A DNA stretch of 63,839 nucleotides, filler included, from Octopus bimaculoides (taxonomy: Eukaryota): assembly GCF_001194135.2 (NCBI RefSeq). It is 6 parts of 6 records of this genome, joined end to end, with 100 filler letters (N's around TTAATTAATTAA, not from the genome) between each part and the next. Parts side by side here need not be neighbours in the genome. Positions count along the whole stretch, not along the records: positions 62,825 to 63,839 come from NC_069005.1; 5 more parts are not named here. The stretch is one strand, 5' to 3'. The notes under the pieces were generated by a model. It made no database searches. It was not told the origin of the DNA and saw only the letters and a list, made by a program, of their open reading frames with translations. A program made the position numbers and the translations under genes. Below, in pieces: positions 63,708 through 63,839 of this stretch; position 1 is the first letter of the stretch, and each line of letters opens with the position of its first letter.

Positions 63708-63839
63708 GGGAGCGAGCTGGCAGAATCGTTAGCACGCCGGGCGAAATGCTTAGCGGTATTTCGTCTGCCGTTACGTTCTGAGTTCAAATTCCGCCGAGGT
63801 CAACTTTACCTTTCATCCTTACGGGGTCGATAAATTAAG
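63708..63839 (+). mobile_element. SINE family B 5' part, cut by the window end
   Basis: Head 'gcgagctggcagaatcgttagcacgccgggcgaaatgcttagcgg..gagttcaaattccgccgagg'. Confidence 0.9.

Overview
This is eukaryotic, AT-rich, microsatellite-dense genomic DNA from a gappy draft assembly. The SINE families and repeat landscape look like Octopus/cephalopod DNA; that is my recognition, not a database result. The window is not one locus: five identical 100-bp spacers (N44-TTAATTAATTAA-N44) join six separate scaffolds. I can support no intact host protein-coding gene, rRNA or CRISPR array, and most ORFs in the track are translations of microsatellites or gaps. What is supportable is mobile-element debris. 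(i) Three fragments of R4/Dong-like RLE non-LTR retrotransposons plus an orphan 3' UTR, several abutting (TAA)n. (ii) Penelope-like RT and GIY-YIG fragments carrying hammerhead-ribozyme-type motifs, one near-canonical and several variant. (iii) A Helitron Pif1-helicase relic with its 3' hairpin. (iv) An internally deleted maT (DD37D) transposon with both TIRs. (v) An RTE LINE. (vi) At least five tRNA-derived SINE families. (vii) Several MITE/fold-back inverted repeats and a tRNA-Asp pseudogene. The most interesting signals are the set of hammerhead and hammerhead-like folds (5258, 34278-34583, 37191, 58938), a scaffold-specific CpG-decay footprint suggesting a methylated gene body around a candidate 50-bp exon, and a Helitron ORF that stays open for about 265 codons beyond its helicase.
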